Below, piece by piece: positions 36,128 through 38,094 of a stretch of DNA of 38,094 bases. The DNA lies in IMG/VR virus record IMGVR_UViG_3300007643_000034, positions 1 through 38,094 of that record; one strand, given 5' to 3'. Made by a program: the position numbers and the translations under genes. This DNA is from a virus (taxonomy: Duplodnaviria; Caudoviricetes). Under the pieces are notes generated by a model. The model saw only the letters and a list, made by a program, of their open reading frames with translations, was not told the origin of the DNA and searched no databases. Position 1 is the stretch's first letter; each line of letters opens with the position of its first letter.

Positions 36128-36442
36128 TTAGTCGGTGTCGATGATCTCAACCCCGTCAGCGTATCGCACTTCAAAGTACATTGCCTTTTGGGAAAGACGC
36201 TTTCCCGCCCAGACAACGAACTCCCGGGCTTCCGTCAGTCGCGCCGTGTCGCAGAAGATTTCCAAGCCGTAGCTGGCTTCTGAGTACACGCGACCGTCAT
36301 CGTCCCGCCACGATCCCTGATCTGGACCAGACAGGGTGTAACCGCCGAACTTGACTTGCGCCTCGCGAAGAACTTCCTCGCGACGTTCTGCGGTCGACTC
36401 GCCCTCGTTATCGTGGGTAACAAGGCGAGTGATGAACAACAT
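36128..36442 (-). CDS. small ferredoxin-like-fold protein (DUF3574 / phage SAM-lyase-like pattern)
   Basis: GGAGG RBS; FGGYT....GSW....G.VYSEAS...RLSQKAMY. Confidence 0.55.
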   Translation of the reverse strand: MLFITRLVTHDNEGESTAERREEVLREAQVKFGGYTLSGPDQGSWRDDDGRVYSEASYGLEIFCDTARLTEAREFVVWAGKRLSQKAMYFEVRYADGVEIIDTD

Positions 36443-36467
36443 GGCACCTCCCGTGGGTTAAAGGAAC

Positions 36468-36515
36468 TAACAACCAAGTAGTTGTTATGGTAGTATATTC
36501 GGTACCAGTCGTCAA
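36468..36515 (-). promoter_or_regulatory. sigma70-type promoter with overlapping inverted-repeat operator
   Basis: TTGACG-N17-TACCAT (36515-36487) and TAACAAC-N6-GTTGTTA (36468-36487). Confidence 0.6.
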
Positions 36516-36575
36516 GTCTTAGAAACTACTTCGGGTTTATTTCAATTTTCTTTTTTCGGTCCGCAGGTCAGGTGA

Positions 36576-36590
36576 GTGCCACTGTGGCAC
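36576..36590. repeat. 15-bp palindrome copy 14
   Basis: GTGCCACTGTGGCAC. Confidence 0.95.
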
Positions 36591-36948
36591 AAACTTCCTT
36601 GTCTCTAAAAGAAAGGAATCAACAGCCGCATGAGAGGGAACGACGCACCGGCCAGTAGAGAGCGAAGCGGAGCGTCTTGGGTCAATCCGGCAGCGGATAG
36701 TCGAAAGAGCACCAACGCGAACCCGGACCGCGCAGTGCCCCCCTCCCGCACCGCTGTAAGCCGCAACACCGTCTGTGGACGGTCCCTCGCTACCGGGAAA
36801 GAATTTGAGCCTTTGAGGGACTCACAATCAGAGATCACACCCCGGATCGTTCGTCGCAGCTTTTGCCCTCGAGAGCGGGGGCTTTGGTCCCCTGGGCACG
36901 GTACTGCGACCGTTTAACCGTTTTGCACGTTTTGAGGTGCTATAAATT

Positions 36949-36963
36949 GTGCCACAGTGGCAC
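36949..36963. repeat. 15-bp palindrome copy 15
   Basis: GTGCCACAGTGGCAC. Confidence 0.95.
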
Positions 36964-36973
36964 AGTCACGCCG

Positions 36974-37060
36974 AAATAGAAAACGCCTCTCGGTGGCCGA
37001 TTAAGCTGCCAAGCAAAAAGAAGAGCCAACCGAGAGGCGAAGTGTTTTGGTGCTTGGCAG
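36974..37060 (-). ncRNA. putative ~85-nt pseudoknot/attenuator RNA ending in a terminator
   Basis: Two interleaved inverted repeats (11 and 10 bp) and a T-rich tail, directly downstream of motif copy E. Confidence 0.5.
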
Positions 37061-37064
37061 AGCG

Positions 37065-37093
37065 TCAGTAGTGTTATCGAAACAGTGTGCCAC
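37065..37093 (-). promoter_or_regulatory. phage promoter-like motif copy E
   Basis: GTGGCACA-ctgttt-CGATAACAC-TACTGA. Confidence 0.65.
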
Positions 37094-37112
37094 ATCCTTG
37101 GAAAACTTGATA

Positions 37113-37127
37113 GTGCCACAGTGGCAC
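37113..37127. repeat. 15-bp palindrome copy 16
   Basis: GTGCCACAGTGGCAC. Confidence 0.95.
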
Positions 37128-37190
37128 TTCAATTCCTTCCGCAGACTGCTAAGATACCAGGGGGACCGGTATATCTGCGTCCTGGGATTT

Positions 37191-37205
37191 GTGCCACAGT
37201 GGCAT
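37191..37205. repeat. 15-bp palindrome copy 17 (one mismatch)
   Basis: GTGCCACAGTGGCAT. Confidence 0.9.
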
Positions 37206-37234
37206 AACTTCGCTTGCGATCCTGGGGATTGGCA

Positions 37235-37948
37235 ATGTACTTCAAGTACGGCGGATACCGACACGACGACGACGAGGTGAATCTGCGGGAATTCTCGCAA
37301 CAGTTGATCCGCTCGGACCGCGGCAAGACGGTGACGAAGAAAAGCCGCATGGTGATCGAGGTGGTGATGATCGCTAGTTCTCAGTCGGCTATCAAATCGA
37401 AGGTTCAATCGCTGGAAGCCGCTTACTCCAAGTCCGCCGACGCTGGCTTGTACCACGACAACGGCAACGCCAGTCCGCACTTTCTCAGCAACGCTGGGAG
37501 CCTTTCCGGCGTTCGCGTAGTCGACCTCAAATACGACAAGTCGGACGGCGCCGAGTACGCCACCGGTCGCACGGCGGTGATCACGCTGGAAGCCGACTAC
37601 CAGATTCCCGGCGGCGACAATCTGTTGTCCTGGCAAGAGACGTTGGTGATCACCGGAACAGGCGGACCGAGCTTCACGATCAAGACGGTGCTCAACGGTC
37701 CGCCACAAAAGCAGATCGTCGCCGCTGCGACGCCTGTTGTCGCTCAACAGACTGGATCGGCTTTCGGGCTACTCTCGCGACCGTTCCCGCCGCCGCCGAC
37801 GTTCCCCAATGCCGAAAGGCTAGACCGGCGCCAAATCGTTCAGATTGCGCCGAAGTTTCAAGGTGCGCAATACACCGACTGGGGTGTCGCTTGGAACTAC
37901 TATTTTGAGTCGCCGACACCGCTAACCGGATCACCAAACTACAGGTAG
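37235..37948 (+). CDS. putative tail (distal tail/hub region) protein
   Basis: ATG at 37235 (MYFKYGGYRH); resumes the plus-strand structural operon after the island. Confidence 0.55.
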   Translation: MYFKYGGYRHDDDEVNLREFSQQLIRSDRGKTVTKKSRMVIEVVMIASSQSAIKSKVQSLEAAYSKSADAGLYHDNGNASPHFLSNAGSLSGVRVVDLKYDKSDGAEYATGRTAVITLEADYQIPGGDNLLSWQETLVITGTGGPSFTIKTVLNGPPQKQIVAAATPVVAQQTGSAFGLLSRPFPPPPTFPNAERLDRRQIVQIAPKFQGAQYTDWGVAWNYYFESPTPLTGSPNYR

Positions 37949-37952
37949 CACC

Positions 37953-38094
37953 ATGGCACAACGACGTTGGACAGGCAGTGCGGTGGCGATCGCTCAGGTG
38001 AGCACGATCACCGTTGCAAACACGTGGGCGACTTCCGACACCGCAACCGTAACGATCAATGGCAACGATCTCACGGTGACGATCGGCAGCGACA
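37953..38094 (+). CDS. putative tail protein (partial, runs off the window)
   Basis: MAQRRWTGSAVAIAQVSTITVANTWATSDTATVTINGNDLTVTIGSD; Thr-rich beta pattern. Confidence 0.55.
   Translation, partial: MAQRRWTGSAVAIAQVSTITVANTWATSDTATVTINGNDLTVTIGSD

Noticed and set aside
2150-37205. Palindromes as a CRISPR array or REP/BIME elements
   Set aside because: They are only 15 bp, irregularly spaced over kilobases, with no spacer periodicity and no cas or RAYT gene seen.
2128-37205. TGGCAC as sigma54 -24 boxes
   Set aside because: The copies I checked lack the required GC at GG-N10-GC (TTGC -12 element).
37001-37747. 248-aa minus-strand ORF
   Set aside because: It is the antisense shadow of the tail gene and runs through palindromes and regulatory DNA.
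1-38094. Diversity-generating retroelement, integrase/att site or lysis cassette
   Set aside because: No reverse transcriptase, recombinase, TR/VR pair, holin or endolysin was recognised; they may lie outside the window.

Overview
A 38-kb segment of a tailed dsDNA phage or prophage with siphovirus-type gene order. The host is probably a Planctomycetota bacterium, inferred from a TIGR02996-like domain. The left arm (1-13.7 kb, mostly minus strand) carries early and replication/recombination genes: C5 DNA methyltransferase, ASCH, SF2 helicase, ParB-like protein, SMC-like ATPase, Sak/Rad52-like annealase, a stand-alone LexA DNA-binding domain, YqaJ exonuclease and RusA. A sigma-factor-like regulator is followed by a plus-strand morphogenesis operon: TerS, TerL, portal, MuF-like, protease/scaffold, capsid, neck, tail tube, frameshifted tail chaperone, tape measure and tail genes. 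Two antisense inserts interrupt this operon. The most unusual signals are: (1) 17 dispersed copies of a parS-like palindrome GTGCCACWGTGGCAC, plus a 5-copy promoter-like motif sharing its half-site, next to a ParB-like gene; (2) a ~770-nt structured non-coding locus with three aberrant tRNA-like elements; (3) a pair of histone-fold genes, one fused to transmembrane helices; (4) several promoter-to-terminator small RNAs, one with pseudoknot geometry. All calls are by eye, with no database searches. No integrase, att site or lysis genes were recognised in the window.
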